From an uncultured Acidobacteriota bacterium (GTDB lineage: Bacteria > Acidobacteriota > Polarisedimenticolia > J045): a stretch of DNA of 64,000 bases. The position numbers and the translations under genes were made by a program. The notes below the pieces were generated by a model that was given only the letters and a program-made list of their open reading frames with translations, was not told the origin of the DNA and did no database searches. Shown piece after piece: positions 44,845-54,726 of the stretch (its first letter is position 1; every line of letters starts with the position of its first letter). The DNA is taken from positions 341,495-405,494 of the forward strand of contig CAVPCQ010000037.1 in assembly GCA_963702425.1 (NCBI GenBank), read 5' to 3'.

Positions 44845-44971
44845 CCGGGCGAGGGAGCCGGGCGACCGAGCCATGGCGCAGTCCGGCGCGCCCATGGGCG
44901 CGGCCCATCCGGGGGCGGCGGGGCGCGACGGGCGGTTCGCCGCCGCCCGCCGGGTGCCCTATTCTCTCCGC

Positions 44972-46144
44972 ATGACCCCCTCCACCCGCCGCCGTCTGAT
45001 CTTCGGTGCGGTCGCCCTCGTGGCGGTCGTCACCCTCGCCCTCGCCGCCGGGCTCCCGGCACGCGGCAGCTACCGCTACCTCAACGTCTTCCAGGAGGTG
45101 TGGGGCCTGACGCGGGCGAACTACGTCGAGCCGGTCAACGAGACCGAGCTGCTCGAGGGCGCCTACCGCGGGATGCTCGCGTCGGTCGACGCGGTCAGCT
45201 CGTACCTCGAGCCGGGGGAAGAGAAGCTGCTGGCCGCGGCCGAGCCGGCCGGGAGCCTCGGGATCGAGCTGCTGCCCGCGGGGGGGATCCCGGTGGTGAT
45301 CCGCGTCGAGCCGGGGTCCACCGCGGAGAAGCAGGGGCTCGGCGTCGGCGACCAGGTCTGGAAGGTCGGTGGCAAGAGCACGCGCCTCGTCGCCTGGCCG
45401 GTGCTGCGGCGGATGGTCCGTGGTACGCCCGGCGAGACGGTGGCGCTCGAGGTGCTCGACGCGAAGAAGTTCGACATGAACACGCGGACGCTGACGTTCG
45501 AACCATCGGTCGGGAAGGGTTTCCGGCTCGCCCGGCACGATGGCCCGGTGATCGCGCTGCAGCTCGCCGACCCGTCGAAGATCGCGGCCGACGCGCTGCG
45601 GACCGAACTCGTCGCCGCGCGGGTGGCGGACCCCTCGGCACCGCTTCTGATCGATCTGCGCGGCGCAGCGGGTCTGGCGCCGCGGGACCTGGTGCGCCTG
45701 GCGGGCATCCTGCTGCCGGGCGGAAACCTGCTCCGGATCGCGTCCCGCAGCGGGGCCGACGAGGTCATCAGCGCGCCGGAGCTGCCGCGCCCCGAGCTTC
45801 CGGGCCGGCTCTTCGTGCTCGTTGACGGCACGACGGCGGGCACCGGGGAGGCGCTTGCGGCGCTGCTGAAGGAGCGCGCGAACGGCGTCCTGATCGGACG
45901 CCCGACCTACGGGCTGGCCGGCCTGCCGGAGCTGATCCCGGTCTCGAGCGGAGGGCACGTCCTGCTGTCCACCGGCCAGATGCGGACCCCTTCCGGCACG
46001 ACCTGGGCCGAGAAGGGTCTGGAGCCGACCAAGATCCTGACCCCTGGCCAGCAGGTTGCGAAGGCCGCCGATCCGCTGCTGGAGACCGCCCTGCTGTGGA
46101 TCCGCGAGGGCGCCCCGACCGCCGCCGCACGGCCCGCGGCCTGA
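44972..46144 (+). CDS. S41/CtpA-like PDZ protein with degenerate active site
   Basis: N-terminal anchor, NYVEPV...GAYRGMLASVD, PDZ, LIDLRG. Catalytic motifs read TTAGTGE and TYGLAG. Confidence 0.8.
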   Translation: MTPSTRRRLIFGAVALVAVVTLALAAGLPARGSYRYLNVFQEVWGLTRANYVEPVNETELLEGAYRGMLASVDAVSSYLEPGEEKLLAAAEPAGSLGIELLPAGGIPVVIRVEPGSTAEKQGLGVGDQVWKVGGKSTRLVAWPVLRRMVRGTPGETVALEVLDAKKFDMNTRTLTFEPSVGKGFRLARHDGPVIALQLADPSKIAADALRTELVAARVADPSAPLLIDLRGAAGLAPRDLVRLAGILLPGGNLLRIASRSGADEVISAPELPRPELPGRLFVLVDGTTAGTGEALAALLKERANGVLIGRPTYGLAGLPELIPVSSGGHVLLSTGQMRTPSGTTWAEKGLEPTKILTPGQQVAKAADPLLETALLWIREGAPTAAARPAA

Positions 46145-46205
46145 CGGGACCCTGGAACCTATATTCGCCCTGAGGGGCCCCCTCGATGGGGCGCGCGGGG
46201 TTCTC

Positions 46206-47741
46206 GTGCTCGACGTGCTCGAGATCCAGGAAGAGGCCGGGCGCGGCGCCATCGGCGTCGTGTACCGGGCGCGCGATCGCCGGACCGGCGAGATCGTCGC
46301 GGTCAAGGTGTTCGGCGGCACCACCGGGGCCGCCGGTACTGCTACGGAGCGCGAGGCGCAGCAGCAGCGGTGGCGGCGCGAGGCCGACCTGTTGCAGAGC
46401 CTGTCGCACCCCAACATCGTCGCCGTTCGCGGCTGGATCCTCGACGGCGAGCAGGCCGGCCTGATCACCGAATTCGTCGATGGCGGCTCGCTCGAACGGC
46501 TGCTGGAAGAGCGCGGGGCGCTGCCCGTCGAACAGGCGCTGACGATCGTCTCGCAGGCCGCGCGCGCGCTGGCCTACGCTCACGGCCGTGGCATCGTCCA
46601 CCGCGACGTCAAGCCGGCGAACCTGCTGCTGACCGCCGACGGCACCGTCAAGCTGACCGATTTCGGCGTGGCCGCGGCGCCGCAGGAGAGCGAGCCGGGC
46701 GTGCTCGAGGGGACGCCGGCATACATGGCGCCGGAGCTGCTGCAAGGTCAGCCGGGGGACGCGCGCTCGGACGTCTACGCGCTGGGCGCGGTGCTGTATC
46801 GCTGCCTGACCGGTCGGCTGCCGCACCGCGCCTCGTCGATCCGCGAGCTGGCGCACCGCGCGCTCCGCGAGGAGCCGGAACCGCCGTCGCGCTGGCGCCC
46901 CGGGATCGCGCCCGATCTCGAGGCCGCCTGCATGACGGCGCTCGCCCGGCGGCCCGAGCAGCGCTTCGAGAGCGGGATCGCTTTCGCGAGGCGGCTCGAG
47001 GAGATCGCGGTCCCGCCGGGCCTTCCCGCCGACGAGGTCCGGCCTCCGCAGCGTACGCTGCGCGAGCGGGCACTCGAGCGGACGTGGAGTCCCGAGCGAG
47101 GTCGCGGCGCCGGCGGGCCGTGGGTCAGCAGTGCGGTCGTGCTGGCGATCGCGGTGCTGGCCGCCTCGTGGTGGTCGCGCCCCGCGGTCGCGCCACCGCT
47201 CGACCGGCGCATCGGCAGCGTCCACGCCGTCGTGCCCCCCGGCTTTCCCCCGGCCCCGGCTCCCCGGATGGAGGGGACGGCCACCACGGTGGCGGTGCAG
47301 GCGCAGGCCGCTCCCCCCGCGGCCGTGGATCCGGAACGGGCCGTCGCGCCCGCGGCTGGCCCGGGGTTCGATCCGCCGCCCCGGCCGACGCCCGCTGAGG
47401 CGGCCTGGCAGTTCGCCGCCGAACGCCGGTTGCCCGCGGCGCGGGGCGAAGTCGAGTTGCTTCACGGGCTGAGGGACGGGGTGCTCGAGGTGCGGATCGA
47501 CGACCGGCGCGTCGTACGGCAGGCGCTCGAGGCGCCCCGCCCCGGCCGCGATGCGGTCGGCCACGCGAGTTTCAAGGTCGAGCCGGGGATCCGTCGGCTC
47601 TCCGTCCGCGTCCGGTCCAAGACCCAGAACGTGGACACCGAGTCGCTCTGGCTCGGGGAATGGGCCGAGCACGGGACGCGAACCCTGCGCTTCACGCTGT
47701 CCCGCGAGGGGAGCGTCTGGCGGCTCCAGGACGGTTCCTGA
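46206..47741 (+). CDS. Hanks-type Ser/Thr protein kinase with TM helix and C-terminal beta domain
   Basis: GRGAIGVVY, VAVK, HRDVKPAN, DFG, GTPAYMAPE, SDVYALG. Start approximate. Confidence 0.9.
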   Translation: MLDVLEIQEEAGRGAIGVVYRARDRRTGEIVAVKVFGGTTGAAGTATEREAQQQRWRREADLLQSLSHPNIVAVRGWILDGEQAGLITEFVDGGSLERLLEERGALPVEQALTIVSQAARALAYAHGRGIVHRDVKPANLLLTADGTVKLTDFGVAAAPQESEPGVLEGTPAYMAPELLQGQPGDARSDVYALGAVLYRCLTGRLPHRASSIRELAHRALREEPEPPSRWRPGIAPDLEAACMTALARRPEQRFESGIAFARRLEEIAVPPGLPADEVRPPQRTLRERALERTWSPERGRGAGGPWVSSAVVLAIAVLAASWWSRPAVAPPLDRRIGSVHAVVPPGFPPAPAPRMEGTATTVAVQAQAAPPAAVDPERAVAPAAGPGFDPPPRPTPAEAAWQFAAERRLPAARGEVELLHGLRDGVLEVRIDDRRVVRQALEAPRPGRDAVGHASFKVEPGIRRLSVRVRSKTQNVDTESLWLGEWAEHGTRTLRFTLSREGSVWRLQDGS

Positions 47742-47820
47742 CCGCAGGGCGTTCCCGGCGCATGGGAAAGCGGTGCCGCCTGCCTCTACAATCTCCGCCT
47801 CGCCATGAAGGGACCGCCCG

Positions 47821-49767
47821 ATGCGCCGTCCGTCGATCTTCCTGCTCGCTGTCCTCGCCGGGTCGCTCCCGGCGATCGCGGCCAGCCCTCGCCCCGCGAC
47901 GCCGCCCGGCGCGAAGGATCTCGCGCGCTCCTACGTCGATTTCCTGGAGGCGCAGGAGCTGGCCGCGCAGGGGCGGACCCGCGAGGCGCGGGCGCGTCTC
48001 GAGGGGATCATCGCGCGCGACCCCGGCGCCTCCGGGGTGCGGCCGATCCTCGCCCGGCTCTGCCTGCGCGACGGCGATCTCCGCTGCGCCGAGGAGCAGG
48101 CCCGGCGCGCCATCGAGTCCGATCCGGACGACGCCGACGCGCACAAGGTCATGGCCGAGATCGACCTCGCGAACTACCAGGGCTCCACCCCCCCCGACAA
48201 GAAGGCGCTCGAGAGCGCGCTCGCGCACCTTGCGCGGGCCGCGGCCGCCGATCCCCGTGACTCCGGCGTCTGGATCGCGTGGGTCCGCGTGCTCGGCGCC
48301 GAGGGCCGTTTCGCCGAGGCCGAAGAGGTCGCGCGGCGCGCGGCGGCCGTCCCCGGCTTCGACGCCAGTGCGCTCTGGCTGGCACTCGCGCGCGTCATGC
48401 TGGCGCGTGGAGAGACCGACCGCTCGATCGCACTGCTCGAGCGGGTCGAGGCCAGCGGCCGCGCCGCCGTTCCGCTGCTCGAGACGCTGGCCGACCTGAA
48501 GGGAAACCGGCGCGACTTCGCCGGCCAGGTCATCGTGATCGAGAAGCTGCGCGCGCTCAAGCCGGACGACCCGCTGGTGGCCCAGCGGCTCGGCTTGGCG
48601 CGCCTCGAGCTGGGGGACGCCTACGGCGCGCTCGAGCCGCTGGAGGCCGCGCTGGCCGAGAACCCGAGCGATCCGATCCTGCGGCGCGACGTGGCGCGGG
48701 CGCTCGTGCGCCTCGGTCGCGGGGCCGAGGCATTGGCGCTGCTGGAACAGATCCCGGACGTCTACCGCTCCTCGCACACGCTCCTGATCTGGGCCCAGGC
48801 GGCGGAACAGGCCGAGCGCTATGGCGAAGCCGCCGACCGGCTCGATCAGCTGATCGACGGGCTCCAGGCCTCGGACCGCTCCTCGCTCGGGCCGACGTTC
48901 GGCCTGCGCGAGGCGCGGAACCGCGTCCGCGCGAAGCAGCCCGAGCGCGCGCTCGAGATCCTCGCGACGCTCCCTCCCGAGCCGCCGGTGCTGCGCCTCC
49001 GCCTCGGGACGTTGGACGCGCAGGGGCGGGCCGCGGAGGCCGACGCGCTGCTCACCGCGCGGCGCGCCGAGGCCCCCGAAGATGCGGTGCTCGTCGCGCT
49101 GGACATCGACCGCGCCGCGCGGCGCGGCGCGGACCAGGACGACGCGGCGCTGGAGCGCGGCCTGGCCGATCTGCGCGGGGCGCCGGATCGGGCGGAGCGC
49201 GCCGCGGCCGCGGCCGGCTGGCTCGTTTCCTGGAACCGCGCGCAACTCGCCGCGCGGCTGCTCGACGCGGTCGGGATGCCGGAGCAGCCGTCGCCCGAGG
49301 TGATGCGCGCGCGCGCGGCGGTGCTCCACGCGGCCGGGCGCACGGGCGAGGCTGAGGCGGCCTACCGCCGGCTGCTCGAGGTCGCTCCCGACGACGCCGG
49401 TACGCTCAACGACCTCGGCTACCTGCTCGCCTCGCAGCGCCGCTCGCTGGAGGAGGCGGTGACGATGCTGCGCCGCGCGGTCGAGCAGCGGCCGGACGAA
49501 CCGGCGTTCCTCGACAGCCTCGGCTGGGCGCTCTATCAGAGCGGCCAGGCGCAGGAAGCTCTCGCGTGGCTGCAGAAAGCCGCGCGGCGTGCCGGCGAGC
49601 GCGACGAACCGGAGATCCGCGAGCACCTCGGCGACGTCTACTTCGCGCTCGGCCTGCCGTCTCGGGCCGTCGCCGAGTGGCAGACGGCGCTGGCTCTCGA
49701 CGGGGAAACGCGCGGGCACCTCCGGCAGAAGATCGACGAGACGCGCGCCGCCTCGCTTCCCCACTGA
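47821..49767 (+). CDS. Exported TPR protein
   Basis: Signal peptide, TPRs, LNDLGYLLA, FLDSLGWALY, EHLGDVY; typical of the TPR gene upstream of lolB-ispE. Confidence 0.88.
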   Translation: MRRPSIFLLAVLAGSLPAIAASPRPATPPGAKDLARSYVDFLEAQELAAQGRTREARARLEGIIARDPGASGVRPILARLCLRDGDLRCAEEQARRAIESDPDDADAHKVMAEIDLANYQGSTPPDKKALESALAHLARAAAADPRDSGVWIAWVRVLGAEGRFAEAEEVARRAAAVPGFDASALWLALARVMLARGETDRSIALLERVEASGRAAVPLLETLADLKGNRRDFAGQVIVIEKLRALKPDDPLVAQRLGLARLELGDAYGALEPLEAALAENPSDPILRRDVARALVRLGRGAEALALLEQIPDVYRSSHTLLIWAQAAEQAERYGEAADRLDQLIDGLQASDRSSLGPTFGLREARNRVRAKQPERALEILATLPPEPPVLRLRLGTLDAQGRAAEADALLTARRAEAPEDAVLVALDIDRAARRGADQDDAALERGLADLRGAPDRAERAAAAAGWLVSWNRAQLAARLLDAVGMPEQPSPEVMRARAAVLHAAGRTGEAEAAYRRLLEVAPDDAGTLNDLGYLLASQRRSLEEAVTMLRRAVEQRPDEPAFLDSLGWALYQSGQAQEALAWLQKAARRAGERDEPEIREHLGDVYFALGLPSRAVAEWQTALALDGETRGHLRQKIDETRAASLPH

Positions 49768-50444
49768 TGCCGGTCGCGCGAACGCGCGCCCTGCTCCTCG
49801 CCGCGCTGGCGATCGCCGCCGCCGGCTGCAGCGCCCGCGCCGCGCGCCCCGGGAGCGTCGACGCGGGCACCTGCCGCGAGGCCTCCTACCGCGGCCGCTA
49901 CCAGCCCGGGGCCGGGGCGCCGGAGGGCGCCGAGCGCGGCCCGAGATCGTTCCGCGCCTCCGTGCGCCGCTGCGCGGACGGTGCGCTGCTGGTCGAGCTG
50001 CGCGGCGCGGTCGGCGGGTCCCAACTGCTCGCCGCGGTACGCGACGGCCAGGTCCGGCTGGTGCTCGCGGGCGACCGCACCGTCGTCGACGGGCCGGACG
50101 TGCCGGCGCTGTGGGAGCGATGGACCGGCCTGCCGATCAGCGGCACGCTGCTGACCGCGGCCCTCGACGCGACGCAGGGCGGGCAGTCCGAGCGAGCCGC
50201 CGCCGGCTGGCGCGTGACCGTCCCGGCCGGCGCGCCGGGGGAGACCTTCCCCGCGCGGGCCGATGCGACGGGGCCGGGTGGCGCGCGGATCGAGCTCGAG
50301 CGGCAGTCCGAGCGCCCGGCCCGGGCCACGACCACCTGGCCCGAGGTGCCGGCAGGGTTCCGCCGCGTCGTCGAGCCGGAGAGCGCAGACCCGCAGGCGC
50401 GGGGGGGCAGCGCACCGCGCAAGGCCCGCGAGGGCGCGGCGTGA
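49767..50444 (+). CDS. Lipoprotein in lolB position (LolB-like?)
   Basis: Lipobox AAGC, beta-rich, LWERWTGLPI resembling the LolB 'LG..LP' segment; lies between the TPR gene and ispE. Confidence 0.65.
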   Translation: MPVARTRALLLAALAIAAAGCSARAARPGSVDAGTCREASYRGRYQPGAGAPEGAERGPRSFRASVRRCADGALLVELRGAVGGSQLLAAVRDGQVRLVLAGDRTVVDGPDVPALWERWTGLPISGTLLTAALDATQGGQSERAAAGWRVTVPAGAPGETFPARADATGPGGARIELERQSERPARATTTWPEVPAGFRRVVEPESADPQARGGSAPRKAREGAA

Positions 50445-51397
50445 GCACCCGGCGAGGGGCGGAGACGGAGCCTCGCCGGCTGGCCGTGCGGGCCTTCGCC
50501 AAGCTGAACCTGGCGCTCGAGGTCCTCGGGCCGCGGCCCGACGGTTACACCGAGATCGCCACCGTCTTCCAGACGATCGACCTTTTCGACACGATCGAGA
50601 TCGACGCCGACCCCGCGGTGCCGGGCGCGCTGGCGCTTGAAACGGTCGGCCCCGAGCCCTGCCCGCCGGAGCAGAATCTCGCTTGGCGCGCCGCGCGTGC
50701 CTGGCTCGACCGTGCGAACGAGCCATTCGGGGTCGTGCTGAGGCTCTTGAAGGGTCTGCCGGCAGGGGCCGGGCTCGGGGGCGGGTCGGCCGACGCAGCC
50801 GCGGTTCTGTGGGGACTCGACCGGCTGGCCACGCAGCCGCTCGGGGAGGCGGAGTTGGCCCGGCTCGCGTCCGGGCTGGGGGCCGACGTTCCCTACCTCC
50901 TGGCCGGCGGTCTGGCCCTCGGAACGGGGAGGGGAGACCGGATCGAGCTGCTCGAAGATCTGCCGCCGCTCCCCGTCGTGGTGGTCTGGCCGGGGGTCGG
51001 ACTCTCGACGGCCGAGGTCTACAGCCGGGCGCGGGCCGGATTGACGGCCATCGGCCCGGCCTCTAAGATGCGCCGGTTCCTGAGCCGGCTGAAGCCGTCC
51101 GAGAACGACATCCCCGCTCCTTTCAACGACCTGTGCCCCGCGGCGGCGGAACTGGCCCCGGCGGTGCAGCGTCTTGCCGGGAGCCTGTCCGCGCTCGGCG
51201 GCCGGGGCGGGATGACCGGAAGCGGCTCCGCGGTGTTCGGCCTGTTCGCGGACGAGCAGGCCGCCGCGAAGGCGGCGGAGCGGCTGGGGAACGACGAGCC
51301 CGGCGCGTGGGTTCGCGCGGCGCGGACGCTGCCGCGGCGGGACCTCGTCGCCGGACGGATCGTCGGGGACCGGGACGGGAGGATCACGGCGCCATGA
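50441..51397 (+). CDS. ispE: 4-diphosphocytidyl-2-C-methyl-D-erythritol kinase
   Basis: AFAKLNLAL, RPDGY, PAGAGLGGGSADAA, LGADVP, MTGSGSAVF. Confidence 0.95.
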   Translation: MSTRRGAETEPRRLAVRAFAKLNLALEVLGPRPDGYTEIATVFQTIDLFDTIEIDADPAVPGALALETVGPEPCPPEQNLAWRAARAWLDRANEPFGVVLRLLKGLPAGAGLGGGSADAAAVLWGLDRLATQPLGEAELARLASGLGADVPYLLAGGLALGTGRGDRIELLEDLPPLPVVVVWPGVGLSTAEVYSRARAGLTAIGPASKMRRFLSRLKPSENDIPAPFNDLCPAAAELAPAVQRLAGSLSALGGRGGMTGSGSAVFGLFADEQAAAKAAERLGNDEPGAWVRAARTLPRRDLVAGRIVGDRDGRITAP

Positions 51398-51792
51398 ACA
51401 TCACCGACATCCGGGTCTTTCCGGTCGACGAGGAGAAGCTGAAGGCCTTCGTGACGATCGTCTTCGACGAGTGCTTCGTGGTCTCGGACATCAAGGTGAT
51501 CCACGGCCCGAACGGCCTGTTCATCTCGATGCCGAGCAAGCGCCGCAAGAACGGCACCTTTCGGGACGTCGCTCACCCGCTCAACCAGGAGACGCGGCGG
51601 ATGATCGAGGAGCGCATCCTCGCCCGCTACGGCGAGATGCTGGCCGCGGGTGCGTTGCCGAAGAAACTGCGCGCGCCGCGCGAGGCGGCCGAGGACGAGT
51701 CCGACCTGACCTTCCGCGAGGGCGACCGGCCCGACGCCGTCCCGCCGGACGCTGCCTGGCGCGGGCCGCGGCCCGCCGCGCCCGGCGCCTGA
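51394..51792 (+). CDS. spoVG: SpoVG family nucleic-acid-binding protein
   Basis: MNITDIRV, KLKAFVTIVFD, IKVIHG, GLFISMPSK, FRDVAHP. Confidence 0.92.
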   Translation: MNITDIRVFPVDEEKLKAFVTIVFDECFVVSDIKVIHGPNGLFISMPSKRRKNGTFRDVAHPLNQETRRMIEERILARYGEMLAAGALPKKLRAPREAAEDESDLTFREGDRPDAVPPDAAWRGPRPAAPGA

Positions 51793-51821
51793 GTGCCCGG
51801 CGAGCCCGCAGGAGAACCGAC

Positions 51822-52766
51822 GTGATCCCGTTCGCCGAGATCAAGGTCTTCGGAGGCACCGCGCACCCGGCGCTGGTGAGGGAGATCTGCGACTACCTCG
51901 GCGTCCCGCCCGGCTCGCTGCAGGTCGACCAGTTCAGCGACGGCGAATGCCACGTCCAGATCCTCGAGAACGTGCGCGGGGCCGACGTCTACGTCATCCA
52001 GCCGACCAACCCGCCGGCCGAGAACCTGCTCGAACTGCTGCTGCTGGTCGATGCGTTCAAGCGCTCTTCCGCGGAGCGGATCACCGCCGTCATTCCCTAC
52101 TTCGCCTATGCGAGGCAGGAACGCAAGGACAAGCCGCGCGTGCCGATCAGCGCCAAGCTGGTCGCCGACCTGATCGTCGCCGCCGGGGCCGACCGCGTGC
52201 TGACGATGGACCTGCACGCGCCGGCGATCCAGGGCTTCTTCAACGTCCCGGTCGACCACCTCTACGCGATGCCGGTCTTCATCCGGCAGATCGAGCGCTG
52301 GAACCTCCCCGACCTGACGATCGTCTCACCCGACGCGGGCGGAGTGGAGCGGGCGCGGATGTACGCCAAGCGCTGCAAGGCGGAGCTCGCGATCATCGAC
52401 AAGCGTCGCAGCGCGCCGAACGTCGCGGAGTCGGTCCAGGTGATCGGCGACGTCGAGGGGCGGCACTGCGTGATCACCGACGACATCGTCGATACCGCGG
52501 GGACGCTCGCCGGGGCGGTCAAGGCGCTCCAGAAGGCGGGTGCCGCCTCGGTGCGCGGGTGTTTCACCCACCCCGTGCTCTCCGGGAACGCGATCGAGCG
52601 ACTGATGGAGTGCCCGATCGCCGGCATCGCCGTGACCAACACCATACCGCTCGACGAGACGCGGCGTTCGTGCGCGAAGATCGAGGTCCTCTCGGTGGCA
52701 CCACTCCTGGGCGAAGCGATCCGCCGGACGCACACCAACTCGTCGATCAGCTCACTGTTCGTCTAG
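51822..52766 (+). CDS. prs: Ribose-phosphate pyrophosphokinase
   Basis: FSDGE, ENVRG, YARQERK, DLHA, VSPDAGG, DDIVDTAGT. Confidence 0.97.
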   Translation: MIPFAEIKVFGGTAHPALVREICDYLGVPPGSLQVDQFSDGECHVQILENVRGADVYVIQPTNPPAENLLELLLLVDAFKRSSAERITAVIPYFAYARQERKDKPRVPISAKLVADLIVAAGADRVLTMDLHAPAIQGFFNVPVDHLYAMPVFIRQIERWNLPDLTIVSPDAGGVERARMYAKRCKAELAIIDKRRSAPNVAESVQVIGDVEGRHCVITDDIVDTAGTLAGAVKALQKAGAASVRGCFTHPVLSGNAIERLMECPIAGIAVTNTIPLDETRRSCAKIEVLSVAPLLGEAIRRTHTNSSISSLFV

Positions 52767-52800
52767 GACGACAGACGCGACACGGAAGGGTAGGACCATC

Positions 52801-53478
52801 ATGAGTCAAGTCGTGAACTTCGAAGTCGCCCCACGCGAGGAGTTTGGCAAGAACGCGGCCGGCCGGGCCCGGCGCGCCGGCTTCGTACCGGCCGTCGTGT
52901 ACGGCGGCGGCCGCGAGCCGCAGGGCGTGCTCGTCGATCCGCGCCTGATCGAGGGCGTCATGCACAGCGAGCGCGGCCTGAACACGCTGATTCACCTCAA
53001 GATCGGCGACCGCGAGCTCAAGCGGATGGTGCTGATCCGCGCGGTGCAGCGCCACCCCGTGACGGAACGGGTGACCCACGCCGACTTCGTCCGGATCGAG
53101 ATGGACAAGCGGATCGACGTCGCGGTCCCGGTCCACCTCGTGGGCACGGCGATCGGTGTCAAGGCCGAAGGCGGCATGCTCGAGATCGTCAACCGCAGTG
53201 TGCTCGTGCGCTGCCTGCCAGCCGACATCCCCGAGTTCGTCGAGCTGGACGTCACCGAACTGCACGAGGGCCAGCACCTCGAGGCCAAGGACGTCCCGCT
53301 GCCGGCGGGGGTGGAACTCGCCGCGCACGGCAACGACGTCGTCGTGACGCTGCTCGGCAAGCAGGCCGAAGAGGTGAAGCCGGTGGTGGAGGCCGAGGCG
53401 GCGGTGGTTGCGGTACCCGAGCCGGCGGCGAAGCCGGCGGGCAGGTCCGGCGGCAAGGCCGAGGGCAAGAAGGACTAG
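52801..53478 (+). CDS. rplY: 50S ribosomal protein L25/Ctc
   Basis: GKNAA, VPAVVYG, QRHPV, HADF, GVKAEGG. Confidence 0.95.
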   Translation: MSQVVNFEVAPREEFGKNAAGRARRAGFVPAVVYGGGREPQGVLVDPRLIEGVMHSERGLNTLIHLKIGDRELKRMVLIRAVQRHPVTERVTHADFVRIEMDKRIDVAVPVHLVGTAIGVKAEGGMLEIVNRSVLVRCLPADIPEFVELDVTELHEGQHLEAKDVPLPAGVELAAHGNDVVVTLLGKQAEEVKPVVEAEAAVVAVPEPAAKPAGRSGGKAEGKKD

Positions 53479-53535
53479 TGCCCTGACCCGGAACTCCGTT
53501 CCCGGCGGCGGCCTCGCGGCCGCCGCCCCGCGCCC

Positions 53536-54108
53536 GTGATCGCGATCGTCGGCCTCGGCAACCCGGGGGACGAGTACGCCGGGACGCGCCACAACGTCGG
53601 CTTCGCGGTCGTCGAGCTGCTGGCCGGGCGGCACCGGATCGCGCTCACGCGGACGCGCCACGGGGCGCGCTTCGGGACCGGCCGGATCGGCGGCGAGGCG
53701 GTGCTGCTGGCCGAGCCGCTGACCTACATGAACCTCTCCGGGGAAGCGGTGCGCCCGCTGCTCGCCTACCACGGGATCGATCCGGTCACGGGCCTGGTCG
53801 TGATCCACGACGAGGCCGACCTCGAGCCCGGTACGGTGCGGATCAAGCAGGGGGGCGGGATCGCGGGACACAACGGTCTCGAGTCGCTGGTCGACCACCT
53901 CGGGCAGGGCGATTTCGCGCGGGTCCGGATCGGGATCGGGCGCCCGGTCGGCCGGCCCGAGAAGATGGCCGACTGGGTCCTGGCACGCCCGACCGCCGCC
54001 GAGGCCCCGCTGATCGAAGAAGCGGTCGCCGCCGCCGCGGACGCCGTGGAAGCGGTCCTCCGCGACGGGCTGGCCCGCGCGATGGGGGCCGTCAACCGCC
54101 GCGTCTGA
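53536..54108 (+). CDS. pth: Peptidyl-tRNA hydrolase
   Basis: VGLGNPG, TRHNVGF, TYMNLSG, HDE, GHNGL, RIGIGRP. Confidence 0.96.
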   Translation: MIAIVGLGNPGDEYAGTRHNVGFAVVELLAGRHRIALTRTRHGARFGTGRIGGEAVLLAEPLTYMNLSGEAVRPLLAYHGIDPVTGLVVIHDEADLEPGTVRIKQGGGIAGHNGLESLVDHLGQGDFARVRIGIGRPVGRPEKMADWVLARPTAAEAPLIEEAVAAAADAVEAVLRDGLARAMGAVNRRV

Positions 54109-54114
54109 CGCCGT

Positions 54115-54143
54115 TTGGCGGCGGCCCGGGGCCGTGCTAGAGT
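54115..54143 (+). promoter_or_regulatory. Sigma-70 promoter of the rpsF operon (TTGGCG-17-TAGAGT, extended TG)
   Basis: Near-consensus -35/-10 with 17-bp spacer and TGn extension. Confidence 0.65.
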
Positions 54144-54149
54144 GCCCCG

Positions 54150-54213
54150 TTTTTCACCCACATCCCCTCGCCCCGCGGTTCGGCCCGGGGCCAATGGCCA
54201 GGAGGGAAACACG
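54150..54213 (+). promoter_or_regulatory. Putative S6:S18 autoregulatory leader
   Basis: CCCTC (54165) can pair with SD GAGGG (54202). Inner stem GCCCCG/CGGGGC. Unpaired CCA directly before the SD. Confidence 0.55.
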
Positions 54214-54726
54214 ATGCGTCGCTACGAGATGGTTCTCGTGGCGGCCCCCACGGTCCCGGAAGAGGACCACGACCAGCAGGTCACCGCCTTCGAGCAGCTG
54301 ATTGCCGAGCGCGGCGGCACGGTGCTGAAGGTCGACCGGTGGGGCCGCCGCAAGCTCGCTTTTCCGATCAACAAGTTCCAGGAGGGGAACTACAGCCTCC
54401 TGCTCTACGACGCCGAGCCCGAGGTGGAGAAGGAATTCGTCCGCCGGTTGAAGCTGGCGGACACGGTGCTGCGCTTCCTGTCGGTCCGTGCGGACCACGA
54501 GAAGGTGCCGACCGCCGAGGAGAAGCTGGTCCTCGAAGAGGCGCGCCGCGAGCACCTGCGCCGCGCCGCCGAGCGCGCCGCGCTCGGTGACGCCGCCGAC
54601 GCACTGGCGGCCGCGGCGGAAGCTGCGACCGGCGGCGAGGCCGAGGTCGTCCGCTTCGACGAGGACGCCTTCGAGGACGACGACTGGGATGGCGGTCCCC
54701 GCCGCAACCGGGAGGACCTGCCGTGA
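54214..54726 (+). CDS. rpsF: 30S ribosomal protein S6 with long acidic tail
   Basis: [26 protein letters not shown]. Confidence 0.95.
   Translation: MRRYEMVLVAAPTVPEEDHDQQVTAFEQLIAERGGTVLKVDRWGRRKLAFPINKFQEGNYSLLLYDAEPEVEKEFVRRLKLADTVLRFLSVRADHEKVPTAEEKLVLEEARREHLRRAAERAALGDAADALAAAAEAATGGEAEVVRFDEDAFEDDDWDGGPRRNREDLP

Noticed and set aside
51793-51821. Expected tRNA-Gln before prs
   Set aside because: Gap is only 29 bp and no cloverleaf or T-loop motif is present.
53504-53527. Perfect 10-bp GC hairpin between rplY and pth
   Set aside because: No U-tract and purely GC, so it cannot be called a terminator with confidence.
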